Assembly (NCBI RefSeq): GCF_041146345.1
Contig: NW_027191410.1
Span: forward strand, 186,001 to 250,000
From: Neodothiora populina
Taxonomy: Eukaryota
Reading direction: 5' to 3'
Length of the DNA stretch: 64,000 nt
The notes beneath the pieces were generated by a model that was not told the DNA's origin, made no database searches, and saw only the letters and a program-made list of their open reading frames with translations. Below, in pieces: positions 24,092 to 36,677 of the stretch (positions are counted from its first letter, which is position 1; each line of letters starts with the position of its first letter). The position numbers were made by a program, and so were the translations under genes.

Positions 24092-25065
24092 TCAAAGCTT
24101 AGACCTGCCGAGCACGCTACCACCATCAATAACAATATGCGCACCATTCAGGTGACTAGACGCCCTGGAACACAAATACACGACCGTCCCAGCAATATCC
24201 TCCGCCTTGCCCAGACGTTTGTTCGGGTTGGCCTGCGCAAGGGCATCAGTGCCTCCCGTCAACGCCATCAGACCATTAGCCATCTTGGTGGGGAAGAAGC
24301 CCGGAGCGATACTGTTGCAGAGGATACCTCGGGGCCCGAGTTCGACGGCTAGGTTTCGTGTGAGATGCAACGCGGCGGCTTTGGATGCGCTGTAGCCTGG
24401 CGTTGCGTTGTCGCCCATTGAACCGACGCCGATGCCTGCGATTGAGGCCGTTACGATGACGCGCGAGGGGTCGGCGAGGGATGCCTTCTTTTGCAGCAAG
24501 GGGGCGAATCTGTACGCGGTCAAATCAGCGAATGGGCTGGTAGTTGTATCTCGAGTGTGCATTGCTTACTTCTGGATGCAGTAGAAGACGCTGTTGACAT
24601 TCAGATCCATGACCTTTGCGAATGCTTCTGCGGGGTGTTTATCGAAGGGTGCGCCCCAAGTGGCACCGGCGTTGGCGAACAGAATGTCTACATGATCTGT
24701 ATGCTTCTCGACTTCGGACACCAGTCTCTCGATCTCGGAGACTTTGGAGATGTCTGCGGGGACGGAGACGGCTTTGCCAGATATGCCTGGTAGGTTATTG
24801 AGCGCTGCACAGGCCTCTTCGCATGCTGATCCTTTGCGGGACGAGATGAAGACCTTGGAGCATCCGGCTTGCAATAGGCTGTCGTTTGAATCGTAAGTCA
24901 ACGAGTTTGCCCGAGGACTTTTGTGACGAAACAAGAACTGGGCGCCTACCCTGATGCGGCATGTAGTCCTAATCCTCTAGATCCTCCTGTGACAACAGCA
25001 ACTTTCCCTGCCAGAGAGAAGATTGACCTGAAGTCTTCCAATTTGACATCAACTGCAGCCGACAT
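24092..25065 (-). CDS. Short-chain dehydrogenase/reductase (RhlG/FabG-like), peroxisomal (PTS1 SKL)
   Basis: VVTGGSRGLG, NAGATWG, YSASK catalytic motif, NSIAPGFFP, C-terminal RSKL*; two canonical introns. Confidence 0.9.
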
Positions 25066-25622
25066 TTTGGATATTCGAGTATATGGCTGGATGGTAGTGT
25101 AGTTATGTGTATACTTCTGGAGAGACGATAGAGTAGTTCTCAAAATATAATTGTCAGAAACAGATATGTAAGGTCGCACTGGTTAGGTATGCAACCGCGG
25201 TCCAAGAACGCTGTGGGGTAGAATGGTAGCTCTGGAACGAGATGCCGAGGCAGTGGGGGATGTTTGTGGGGCGTGCTACTTAGCAACTAGCCTCAGGGCA
25301 CAAATTGCGGAGATTATGGAGGTAAATATCTATGGATATAATTACATTATTGGGGCGTTTGATAAAGCACCCGTGGAACTGCCAGCTATATTCTCCTTGC
25401 ATGGCACAGATAGTGGCTGTACATGCACTCGGGGTGGACAACTCTATGGCCGACTCGACATGACATGGGAGCACTTTGCCAAGGACCTGAGTACCTTCTA
25501 GTAGCTTATGGGAAGCTTGATGAGCTACACTGTAGTGATGACAAGCGGATTCCTGCTGGTAGACATATCCTGGCAGGCACTTTTCAAAGTGCCTGCCGCA
25601 TGTAGACTAGGTATCCATGCCT

Positions 25623-26444
25623 TCAATCCTTCCTGGCTTTCAAGACCTTGCGTCTCTGGGCCATCATATGCGTGTACAGAATGTACGACCCTAGACAGAA
25701 AATGTCAATATTGCCCTCGCCTCACTGTACCGATAAATACCACTTACCAGGAATGTAAATGAACGAGATAGTCTTGATGGCATATCCATAGGCCAGATTC
25801 CAGCTCTGCGCGGGTGCGATTGCCTTGTACATGAGCCAGCACTCGCTGCTGATGCCGAGTGGGTACAGCACGAAGAAAGTGTTGTAGCGCAACCACATGA
25901 GTCTGTCAGGCACATCACCGAACCACAGCATGCATGCGAAGAAGCTGTATCTGATGACTTCAGTGACGCTCCAAGCAAACAACATCGACGAGTAGACGGG
26001 CGAGAAGGCGGTGGTGTTGGGGAAGCGGTCGACGATGCCCCAGACGAGGACGAAGCGTGAGGCCACTTGCATTACAGTGGTCATCAGGGGTGCGCGAACA
26101 AGCCCTATTTTACATGTCGCACGATGTTAGCTGTCAAGTACTCGATTGTGTTTTTGCTGAATCGTGCTCCCATTAGGAGTAAATAGCCACGTACCAACCG
26201 CAGCGTGCAGGACCTCTAGCGCAGCCAATGTCTGCGTCCACTTTGCGAATTCTCCGACCCCAAGGTAGACATTACTACCGCTGAATCCATGGATCAAGCC
26301 CACCATCAAGACACGTCCTAGTACCGTCGACCATAGAATTGCTGACACGAAGTTATAGGCGATGAGGTAGTATTTCTTGGCCGCGGATGGGCTTTCTTTG
26401 GATCTGGGTCTGCGCGTGGCTTGAGCATCCCGTGAGTCTGCCAT
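25623..26444 (-). CDS. PHS1: Very-long-chain (3R)-3-hydroxyacyl-CoA dehydratase
   Basis: YLIAYN, QTLAALEVLHAAVG|LVRAP, QVASR, AWSVTEVIRYSF, WLRYNTFFVLYPLG, LYTHMMAQRRK. Confidence 0.94.
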
Positions 26445-26924
26445 TATTGCGGAGATGTGAGGGTAGAGGTTGTATCGAGGGAGCTTCTAGATGAAGAGGC
26501 CAATGGCTCAGACTTTGACGTCGTCGTTGAAGAAATCGGTCGCAGCTCATCAAAGGTAAAGAGTTCTAGAATCAAGTTGTCTTCGAGGTGTCATTTCGAT
26601 TAGATAAGATCAAAAGGATCTCGGGAGTCGGAGAAGGGAGTGGAGCTTGGCAGCAAGTGAATTCGGAAGGTTCGAGTGGCTCCTGCACCCTTCGGCGTCC
26701 TTGGAGGGTCTTGGTTTGTTGATTTGATGATGATGCTGCGTCAGCAATCGTCTGCCTGGACGAGGGCGGCGAACCACATTCACGGTATACCTTAGTAAAA
26801 TGACTCTGAAGTGAATCAACGCACAAGGGGGCGATGACTGTTACGGTATAGTCGATTACATAGTCGTCGCCTTTAGACATATACATCTTATTTAATCCTT
26901 TGCCACGCCCTGCTCTCTCCCACC

Positions 26925-27923
26925 ATGTCTACACCAAATACCAATAATTCCACCCCGAAGACGACAGAGAGCAGCTATACAGAAATGTCCGTGGGCGATG
27001 TAGATGCGATCGGGAGCCACTGCCAGATGGCTTTTTGCCGGCAATTGGATTTCCTTCCTTTCAAGTGCGAGAGCTGCAAAGGGTGAGTGACTAGTAATTC
27101 TTCAATGTATTTGCTATTGCGTATCTAACTCTTTCTCTCCAGACAATTCTGTCTCGACCACCGATCAGAAACAGCGCATTCCTGCAGCAACGCAGGCGCA
27201 TGGGCGCGCGCTCGAGCAGAGAAAGCGCGAGCACCCTCAGGCAGCTCGACCCCGTCCTCGAAACCAAATGTCCTGACCCACGAACAACAATGCTCTGATC
27301 CGGCTTGCAAGACGCTGATCAACACCCCGCTAGTCATCGGTATCCACTGCCAGCAATGCAACCGGTCGTACTGTCTAAAGCACCGCCTGAGAGAAGACCA
27401 CGCATGCGACAAGCTCGTGCCCATCGGCGCCCGCACGCAGACGCAAAAGGAGAAAGGCTTCGCGGCATTAGAGAAGTTGCGCGCTTGGGGCGCATCCAAG
27501 CAGAAGGCTCTGACGACCAAGACGGCGACATCCAAGACCCCTTCGCTTGCCGTCGCGCGGGTGCAGGCTACTGCGCAGCTGAAGAAGACGGCTAAAGGCG
27601 ACGACAAGATTGCGGCGGAGAAACGTGTCTATTTGCATGTCGAAGCCGAAGCGTCCACCACAACGGCCAAGTTACCCAGCGGCGCCTTCTTCTACAGCGC
27701 TGAATGGAGCGTCGGCCGGGTGCTCGATGCAGCCGCCAAGTCGCTGCAGATCCAAAATGTCAATAACAGAGTCGAGGGCGAAGAGGACAAGCTCAGGGTA
27801 TTCCATGTCGAAGGTGGGCGCCTGCTGGAATTCTCGGAGAAGCTGGGCAAGGCTGTGCAGACGGGAAACACCATTGTTCTACTACGCGGCGTTGGACCTG
27901 CTGTACCGGATTTGTTGCAGTAG
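26925..27923 (+). CDS. AN1-type zinc finger protein (Cuz1/ZFAND1-like) with C-terminal Ub-like domain
   Basis: IGSHCQMAFCRQLDFLPFKCESCKG|TFCLDHRSETAHSC; second AN1 finger CQQCNRSYCLKHRLREDHAC; WSVGRVLD; intron 27083-27142. Confidence 0.88.
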
Positions 27924-28437
27924 AGGCTGCTTTTCCTCATGCCGCATATATCGCGGATACCGTTTCCCTTTTGGTACCAGGTCGAACATGACATGTCATG
28001 TCATCTTTTTTAATACTATCGATGATGCATAGCGATGGCGTTGGCATTTAGTTTGTTCTTGCTGTTTAGCAAAGCCTTTATCTTCTGTCAATCTCAATAG
28101 ACATTTCTCTTCTCTTCAATGTTTCATCTTCCCAGACTCGGCCCTTGGTATTATGCTGTGAACGTCTTGGTCCCCATGCCCGCTCCTTTGCACTCCAGCC
28201 CAATCCGTCCATCCACCTTGTGCCGGTATGAGTGATGACACTGCTCTTGACCCAAATCCTCCCAATGTCCCCCTTCCAAATAACCCGATTATATCATGAA
28301 TTCCTCTCGTTGAAGTGTTTCCCCCTTTGTTTTCAGGAGCAGCAGCACGAAGCGCAACAGTATCCTCGACAATAGTGTCAGCAGGAGTAGTTCGGATAAT
28401 TTGGTCAAGGGGAAATTGGTGGAGCCGGGTTTTTGTC

Positions 28438-29628
28438 TCATCGGCTTTCGTCCTCACCCTCCTCTCGTATCAGGTTCTTCTCCTCGGCGTCCCGGATTTC
28501 CTCGGGTGAGGCGGCGCTGACGCTGCTTCCTCTGTGTTTCTTTTCTCCTGTTGTTGAGGCGGCTGCAGCAGTGGTGGTGCTGTTACTGCCGACAGGGCTG
28601 GAGAAGGTCATGGATGGTGTTGGGGCGTCTTTAACTGTGGATGATGATAAGGATGCTGGCTTCTCTTCGGTCGCCGTGGTCGCTTTCGTGCTGGCTTTTT
28701 CGTCGTCGGTCGGAGTATTGTCGGTTTCTGGCTCAGTGGCTTTCTCTGCGACTTCGGACTTCTTCTCGTCTGCATCATTGACGACCTTCGTCTTGTCGTC
28801 GATGCTAGGCTTAGTCGCCTCTGCAGATTCGGCCGGTTCATCTGTGGTTTCGGTGGACGCCGCGGCAGCAGCAGGATCAGAAGAAGCGGCCGAGGTCGAA
28901 GGAGCCGTGGCTTTTGCATCCGTGTGTTCTTCCGCCTCTTTCGCAAGCTCGATACTTTCTTTCTTGTCGTCGATTGACGAGTTGATCGTCTCTGGCTTGG
29001 GAGCTTGGTCTATCACACTGGCGGAAGACTTGACGGAAGCTGCGGAAGTAGAAGACTGTGCTAGTGACTTGTTGTCGGCGTCTTTCTTCGCCTGTGCAAT
29101 TGCCGCGAGAGGCGTGGCAATTCTCTCTCCGGGTTTACTCTGTGCATCCTCAGAGGATCTTGACGTCGGGGCTGGCGTGTTTGCAGGGATAGGGGTTGAC
29201 TTTAGGGCAAACAGGGGTGCAGGAGTGGGAGAGTTGTTGGCGGCGGTGGAAATGGCATCGTGCATGCGAAGACTTCCGAGGGTGGTCTGGACGGCGTGGA
29301 CGTTCGCATCGGCAGCGGGCACCGGTCCAATGTTTTCCTTCAGTTCACCGAATTCGTTCCATTCTTCCACTTCTTCCAGATCCGCGATGACGAAGCCGTC
29401 CTTGACCAAGCCGGGCAGCTTCCGCTTGGCTGCTCTTCGGCCCCAGAGCTTCCGTGCTTTTTCGTCTGTAGCCGTGTCGATGGCCTGAAATGGAAGCCTG
29501 TTGGCCTTGAGGATCGTTTCCATGCGAGAAGTGGCAGTGATGATGTGCGAAGATCCAGCCGTCAGGGAGGTGAAGAGGAAGAGTCGCGGGTCCTTCTCCC
29601 AGTCACTGAGGTCTGTGATGGTCGTCAT
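28438..29628 (-). CDS. SH3BGR/glutaredoxin-like N-terminal domain protein with long acidic low-complexity tail
   Basis: LFLFTSLTAG..TSRMETILKANRLPFQAID..LPGLVKDG..EEWNEFGELKE, followed by an A/S/T/E/K-rich tail. Confidence 0.78.
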   Translation of the reverse strand: MTTITDLSDWEKDPRLFLFTSLTAGSSHIITATSRMETILKANRLPFQAIDTATDEKARKLWGRRAAKRKLPGLVKDGFVIADLEEVEEWNEFGELKENIGPVPAADANVHAVQTTLGSLRMHDAISTAANNSPTPAPLFALKSTPIPANTPAPTSRSSEDAQSKPGERIATPLAAIAQAKKDADNKSLAQSSTSAASVKSSASVIDQAPKPETINSSIDDKKESIELAKEAEEHTDAKATAPSTSAASSDPAAAAASTETTDEPAESAEATKPSIDDKTKVVNDADEKKSEVAEKATEPETDNTPTDDEKASTKATTATEEKPASLSSSTVKDAPTPSMTFSSPVGSNSTTTAAAASTTGEKKHRGSSVSAASPEEIRDAEEKNLIREEGEDESR

Positions 29629-30660
29629 GCTTGCTGTTGGTGCTGTTCGATCGTCTGTCTGTCTTCTGTCCGTTCTTTGTCCCAAGCCAGACTTTCCTTG
29701 TTTTATGTTAAGTGTTTGCAGTTGCTTGATGGGTCTTGGTGATTGACGTGGATTTTAGGGAGCTCCAATGCTGTTTAGCCCGTGATGCCTTGTTCATTTC
29801 ATGTGGGGATCAGCCGCTAACGTTTCACCAGAAAGCTTCGGCCCAGGGGGAGGGACCCTGTTCACTGTCTAACAAAATACAACGGCTTCTCGAACTGATA
29901 CTCAATCTATGGGAAGTCATTGGTGCTCCAGTACACAAGGTGACTTCCTGACGTAACATATTATGGAGCGATGGCAGAAGCACTGACTTACGACACAAGT
30001 AAAGGTACGCGGCCACACAGTCTCTTGTAAGGCGACATGACTCCGAAGTGGAGAGTGCGTGCGTGTCATTTTCTCCAGCATGCACGTAATTGCAGACAGT
30101 CCAGGCACTCGATTATAGTTTCACTCACAGGCCGGATTTCTCTGGATGTCCAAGCACTGTCAAGATCGGTGATTTTCATTTTAAGATCTGTCGTCCCAAT
30201 CTGCGTTCAAGACAGGTTCATCGAGTATACCAGACATGGCAGTGTCATATGACCTGAGCCTTCCAAGTGGTCAGATCAAGAAGACGATCGTCTCCCCGAT
30301 GAGCCTATACATCCTTCGTTGGGGAGCATGGAATCGAAGTGGCCGTTGGTACTAATGGCAATGGCCGAAGGTGCTTTGATGTTGAAGCATAAGATGCCCT
30401 ATTATACATGATTGGGTAGGATTTACCTTCGTACTCGTCTTCTCTGTTTGCACATCAAGGCGCGAATGGTCTTAACCCCGAAAGACCTTCTATAGGATCA
30501 ACTGAAAAATCCACCTTGGCACACTAACCTGATATAGCTGTGTGCTTGTACCATCTCATGTGCTGTGGACTTAACTACGACAACCTCGAATACAATAGTT
30601 ATTTTCGTCAGAATATAAAAAGATCCTCTTGTTGTTACACGAGAAGATTACTCTGACGAC

Positions 30661-31147
30661 ATGTTCTGGACAATCGGTTCCATCTACGGCGCCACCGCCG
30701 TCGCCTTTGGTGCGTTCGGGGCACATGGATTGAAGAAGCGCATTGCGGATCCGCAGAAAATTGCAAGCTGGAACACAGCGGCTCACTATCAGGTTAGTGT
30801 TTTGCATTGCTACTTTGATTATGATGGACATGAAGCCTGAGATAGCCTTTTTGCTAGTTGATTCACGCGGGAGTGTTACTTCTCGCCACGACGGTCCAGC
30901 CCAAGAACAAGGTTGCTGCAGGTCTTTTCGTTGCCGGCATGGTAAGCTATTTGTTACTGTAATCATGAACCCGGACGACCCAGAGACTGACTTCGACTTG
31001 ACCATGTTCTCCGGAAGCATCTACCTCTTGACTCTCGATCCTCAAAAGTTCAAGGCCCTCGGCCCGGTGACGCCACTGGGTGGACTTTGCCTGATCGCCG
31101 GATGGGGTGCATTGGCCTTCGGATCCAGAGGAAGGGTGCGCATCTAG
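30661..31147 (+). CDS. DUF423/TMEM256 family small membrane protein
   Basis: AVAFGAFGAHGLK, WNTAAHYQ|LIHA, GM|TMFSGSIY, GPVTPLGG. Intron 30793-30857 is canonical; the second intron 30942-31000 ends in TG. Confidence 0.88.
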
Positions 31148-31236
31148 ATGTCGTGGTGGATATAGCGTTACAAGCAGCACGCGTGAGAGGACGGGACCGC
31201 ATCTCACACATGCATGTACACTAGCCGAGCCCAGAT

Positions 31237-31890
31237 TTACCTGTACTGTACCCTCTGTCCGTTGGCGCCCCTCTTCTCCAGCTTCGCCTGTCTCTTGCTC
31301 TGTCCCGCAGGTGCAGCAGCGTCCCTACCATCCGCGGCCGGATCTCCTCCCAAGAGTCCCTGTCTAGCGCTGGTGAAGGTGGTGTACGCTAGGTAGACCG
31401 AGTAGATAGGAACGACGGCCTGCGAAGGTGTCAATAAAACAGCAGCATCTCAGGTGAATGATCACAACTCACGTAAAGCCACCAAGCCCAGTCTCCAGCA
31501 ATGGTGACGAGAGCAATGCAGAACCAAGACCAGTAGACAACATCCCACATCCACTCAGTCAGACCTTTTGCATCGAGATCCTCTCCGGCGCGCTTGAGCT
31601 CGGAGCCATTGCCCGAGTCGACATAGGTGGGGCGGGCGATGCGCTCGAACCAGAACTCTATGAGCAGACTCGGCAGGGAGAGCAGAACATAAGGATACAG
31701 CGAGCGGCGCACGAGGACGAGACGCAGGACGTGGTACAAGGCGTGGACGGCGAGAGTGATCATGTGCAGCTGGCTCAGCTTGGCCGTGTTGCGCGCCGCT
31801 TGCGACTTTTGGGCTTTCTGAAACGGAAGGTTAAATCGCGCATTCTGTTTCGTTTGTTAATATCAGTCGGCCACGACGAACATTTGCCAT
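31237..31890 (-). CDS. SND2: SRP-independent targeting protein 2 (DUF788/TMEM208)
   Basis: MAN|KAQKSQAARN, AGEDLDAKGLTEWMWDVVYWSW, WWLY|AVVPIYSVY, SKRQAKLEKRG; introns 31818-31881 and 31420-31472. Confidence 0.9.
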
Positions 31891-32204
31891 TATTATGTGA
31901 GATTGAAGATATTGTCGCGTATGGTCGGGTTGTTGCGCAGCTCAGTGTACTGTTGACACACACACACACACACCACAATCGAAGAGGAAAGACAAGAGAA
32001 GGACTCCGGTTATGCGACACTAAGCTGAGTTATATCGACTGTCTTGATCATTCGTGCCTGAGGTAACATTGCAAACTATATCGTCTTTCTGGAACTAGAT
32101 AGCTGGAATACCGTGAAGTGGTCTCGGCGAGTCCGTGGCTAAGCCCGACCTGGAAAACGTGGGGATGACTCGTTCAGCCGCCAAAAACCCCACTACCGAG
32201 TTGG

Positions 32205-32283
32205 ACGTACAGTAATATACCTCTTTGGGGAAAGATGGTGGTATAGTTCGCCGTGACACTGTAGGATCACGTACAGTAATATA
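32205..32283. repeat. 15-bp direct repeat ACGTACAGTAATATA (32205-32219 and 32269-32283) in the SND2/CTP1 divergent promoter
   Basis: Two exact copies 64 bp apart, read directly from the sequence. Confidence 0.8.
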
Positions 32284-32529
32284 AAAAAACATCCTACACA
32301 GCAGTCATTGTGTATACTGTACCTTATCTGTTTACCCCGACTCACTAACAACAAATAAAACATTCCGACTCGTGTCTCGAGGGGAAATAAATCAACCTCA
32401 CACCTTCCTCTAGACGTCATCCATACCTTGACGTTGACACGCCCAATCCCGACTTCGGCGACAAACACCTGATTTTCTGTCCTCCAACATCCAATACCTG
32501 CCCCTCACCCACCCACCCACCCACCTAAG

Positions 32530-33529
32530 ATGAGTGCTCCCAGCGCAGAGGGCAAGAAGAAGCCCTCGCCTCTCCGGTCCATAATAGCAGGCTCGACCGC
32601 GGGCGCCATTGAAATCGCCATCACCTATCCTGCCGAATTCGCAAAGACACGCACACAACTCAACCGCCGTCTGCCCGATGGCAAGAAGCTGCCATGGCCA
32701 CCGTTCGGCTCACAGTGGTACGCTGGATGCACCACGCTGATCATTGGAAACTCGCTCAAGGCCGCTATTCGGTTCGTCTCCTTCGACACGTACAAGGGCA
32801 TGCTGTCGAACCCCGATGGCACCATCAGTGGTCCGGCCACTGTGGCTGCTGGCTTTGGCGCTGGTGTCACCGAGAGTCTGTTGGCTGTCACTCCGTTCGA
32901 GAGTATCAAGACGCAATTGATCGATGATCGCAAATCGGGGACCCCGAGGATGCGAGGCTTCCTTCATGGAACCAAGATCATCGCGCAAGAGAAGGGAATC
33001 AGAGGTTTCTTCCAGGGTTTCGTCCCAACCACTGCTCGCCAAGCTGCAAATTCGGCTGTGAGGTTCAGCAGTTACACGAGCCTGAAGCAGCTGGCTCAAA
33101 GCTACGCTGCACCAGGGGAGAAGCTGGGCACCATCAGCACTTTCGGTATTGGTGGTCTGGCGGGTGTCATTACAGTGTACGTCTTGCTCTGTCACACTTG
33201 AATCTCGTCCACTATGCTAACATCGCGGCAGTTACGTCACCATGCCCTTGGACACGGTAAAGACGAGGATGCAGTCAATTGAGGCCAAGACCGAGTACAG
33301 GAACACTTTTCACTGTGTGGCACGCATGCTCAAAGAAGAGAAAATCAGTGCTTTCTGGGCCGGCGCCACTCCTAGACTAGTCCGTCTCATCCTGAGCGGT
33401 GGCATTGTCTTCACCATGTAAGTCTCTCTTTGATCTATCTTGCACTTCACATGTATGCTAATAAGCTGTAGGTACGAGAAAACGATAGAGCTTCTCGATA
33501 GACTAGACCCTCAAGGAAGATTTGTGTGA
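32530..33529 (+). CDS. CTP1: Mitochondrial citrate/tricarboxylate carrier
   Basis: Three MCF repeats (TYPAEFAKTR, TPFESIKTQL, TMPLDTVKTRMQ), GNSLKA, RQAANSAVRF; two introns near the 3' end. Confidence 0.93.
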
Positions 33530-33978
33530 GCGCAAGCAGCAATACCCAGACGATAACCTTCAGACATTCTCATCATCGCCCTGTACCCAAGGCGCCTGTC
33601 GGTGAGCATGATACTCGAATAACTGCATCTACTACTCTTGTCCTCACACCATCGGGCCTGGCGAGACGACAACTTGAGACGGACGAGGAAACGAGGTCGG
33701 TACAAGCTCCCGACTTATCTGGGCGTGTTTCCTCGATTTCCAAGGCAAAGAGTTCCGTTTAGTATCACTCCAGTAGTTGAAAAGTGACGCCCTTCCAGCG
33801 ATTTTCGACTGCCAGTGGGTAAGTGTTCATATGAAGCTAGGACGCACATTCCCAGTGCCTGTCTTCTGAGAGGCCGTTGCCTTCTGCTGTAGACCTGATG
33901 GTGATCTAAGCGAACATAGCGGGTATAGCAATACTCGGTGAAGTCCTCACTTCCCCAGTAGCTAGGACAGTAGACGTG

Positions 33979-34679
33979 CTAGATGGCGTTCTCTTCTTCG
34001 TGTCTCTTCTTAGCTTCCGCACGTCGAACAACAGTCTCTGCATTGGTCAAACGAGCGTCACATTCAGTCCAACAATCACCAATACCGACGATGCCCAACT
34101 CATACCAACGTCCCAGGAGAGCAACACTTTGTTCCCTCAAGAGACTGATCGCCTCCATCTGGCGCTCTTGACGCCGCTTAGCCTTTTGTATCCGCGGCTG
34201 CAGCGCCAGCAGGTTCGTGGACGAAGAGGTATCTGGCAGAGGGAGATCGTTCAGCGAAGTCAGTTGCGCGGCAGTAGTGTGATACGAAGGGGTATGCGCA
34301 AGGACGAGAGCAGCCAGTGCATCGTTGGGTATATCGTCTACCGCGTCCCGAGAAGCGTCAGTGGAAGTTTCATCTTTCCATATCCGCGGATGCTGTTTCT
34401 CTGTAGCGGCGATATCAAGTCAGTCTTAGTGATGTGTTGAAAAGACTAAGAGGTCGTCTCACGCAAGAGTAGGAGCTCGGCAGCAGAGCTCGAATGGGAC
34501 GCGATTGACTGCAGCGATTTTTCGAGACTTTGTAAGCGCGAGGTGATGGATGCGGATGAATCTGAAGAGGGTTCCCCGTCGTCCTGGTTGTCTTGTATGG
34601 AGTCGCCGTGCAGCAGGAGACTTAGACGCTCTAGTCGCTGCTCTAGTGCAAATAGTGTCTGTAATGCCATGTCCTGCAT
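33979..34679 (-). CDS. Dynactin p24/p22 subunit (Neurospora RO10-like)
   Basis: MQDMALQTLFALEQRLERLSLLLHG..RLQSLEKSL, one intron, then VLAHTPSYHTTAAQLTSLNDLPLP..RWYELGIVG..CWTECDARL; stop 33979-33981. Confidence 0.75.
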
Positions 34680-34891
34680 GTTTGTTGCGTCCGGTCAGGA
34701 AGTAGAATAGGACTGGAGTCTTCCTGCTTGATGCGATAATCGCCCGGTATGGTGGTTGTATAGACAATATCACTTTTACTATTATTATGAATGTTAGAAC
34801 AACAGTACTACTAGTTGTTGTACTGTATGCAGTCGTACTCGGTACCTCAGTGATACCAAGAGATTGATTAGATTTGATTAGACTCTATCGA

Positions 34892-34901
34892 TTGACGTCA
34901 A
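34892..34901. promoter_or_regulatory. 10-bp palindrome TTGACGTCAA (CRE/ATF core) in divergent promoter
   Basis: Lies between the RO10-like and 3-hydroxybutyryl-CoA dehydrogenase start codons; function inferred. Confidence 0.3.
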
Positions 34902-35053
34902 CCGAGCTTCCACTCTGCTGACATGTTTACCTCGGCAGCACATGCTGGCGATAAACGTGGGATAACATAAGATATCTCAAGAGTGAGTAGTAGACCGACC
35001 AGCGCACAGGACACAAAATACCAAACTCTTGCGCATTCGTGATTGCTTCTACC

Positions 35054-36167
35054 ATGTCATTCGCTTCATACAGATCCCTAGTCAACATGTCTGTCCGGCC
35101 AGTGTTTAGAAGACAGACACAGCTGCATCGCCAGTTCACACACGGCTTCAGCGTCAGTGTTCAACGACGACAAGCAGAAGCCGCACATGTCAAGTCTATC
35201 GGAGTCATTGGAGCTGGCCAGATGGTGTGTGTATACTGTATAACACGAGATTGACCATCGTTGACTGATTCCCAGGGCTTAGGCATCGCACTGGTAGCGG
35301 CTCAGAAAGCAGGTGTACCCGTGACACTCGTCGACACTTCGCAAGCGTCTATAGACAAAGGCCTCAAGTTTGCCGGTAAACCTCATCTACTGTCTGTTTT
35401 GTTCACTAGAATTTGAACCTGAGATCCCTTGAACAGATAAACTATTGGCCAAAGATGTAGCCAAGCAGAGAATAACCCAAGACGACGCCGATGCCGCACG
35501 TTCGCGACTGACTTCAACCACTTCGATGGACGATCTGTCCAATGTCGACATGGTCATTGAAGCGGTTCCCGAGATCATCGGCCTCAAGACAGACATCTTC
35601 TCTCGGCTGGCTCAGATAACCTCCTCTCACACCGTGCTGGCGACCAATACCTCGAGCATAAGCATCACGAAGATCGCGGCGTCAACCACCAAGGACCCGA
35701 CGGATCTCTCCACCTCGAGTCGAGTCATCAGTACCCACTTCATGAATCCCGTGCCCGTGCAGAAAGGCGTCGAGATCATCACTGGCCTGCAGACATCCGA
35801 TGCGACACTGGCGACCGCCATCGCTTTCTGCAAGCGCATGGGCAAGATCCCCTCCGTCAGCGCCGACAGCCCCGGGTTCTTGGCCAATAGGATTCTCATG
35901 CCGTATATCAACGAGGCCATCATCTGTCTCGAGACAGGCGTGGGCAGCAAGGAAGACATCGATGCCATCATGAAGAACGGCACGAATGTGCCCATGGGTC
36001 CTTTGCAGTTGGCGGACTTTATCGGCTTGGATACGTGTCTGGCTATCATGAAGGTGCTTCATCAAGAAATGGGTGATTCGAAATACAGACCTTCTGTCTT
36101 GCTGAGTAAGATGGTCGATGCGGGCTGGTTGGGAAAGAAAAGTGGAAAAGGGTTCTATGATTACTAG
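35054..36167 (+). CDS. 3-hydroxybutyryl-CoA (3-hydroxyacyl-CoA) dehydrogenase, mitochondrial
   Basis: Arg-rich presequence, GVIGAGQM|GLGIA, VIEAVPE, ATNTSS, HFMNPVP, PGFLANR, PMGPLQLADFIGLD, LGKKSGKGFY. Confidence 0.94.
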
Positions 36168-36677
36168 TTACTTCTCGTCTAATCATGTCATGCTTGATGT
36201 ATATGACAGGATACGATGATCTTTGAGCATCCAAGCAAAGCATTGAGAGGGTTGAAGACTTCCGGATCTTTTTTTCATATCACGTCCAGTGGACAAATCC
36301 GTTATTCCCAAGTGACGTAGCATGCTTTCTGTTGTACTCTCCTTGTTGATGCAATTCAGCCGCATTACATGTTTCCCGGGGGATGCGGATGATGATGCGA
36401 TTCGAAAGTTGTAGCCCTGTAGAAGTGGATAGTGGTCGGAGAGTCACCAGAATCGAATTCCTGCCACCAAGCAGTAGTCTCAGTCCACTCCTGGAAGACT
36501 TTCAGTCTGAACAACCATCTCCGTTCGCGCGGCCAGCTGCACAATAAGGTGCAATAACTTCTTGTCGTCGTGAACGGGGGAATAATGGTACGAGAAATAA
36601 TCATACAAGCAATCTCTCTCCTCCTCTTCTCCTCTTGTCTTCTCTTCTCAGCCTCCTTGATCTCGCGATTGCATCCA

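Noticed and set aside
28433..29488. 351-aa plus-strand ORF
   Set aside because: It is the antisense shadow of the SH3BGR-like gene; its Ser/Ala/Val-rich text mirrors the real strand's codons.
31956..31973. (CA)n microsatellite; also (GCT)n at about 8011 and poly-T at about 1969
   Set aside because: Ordinary short simple repeats.
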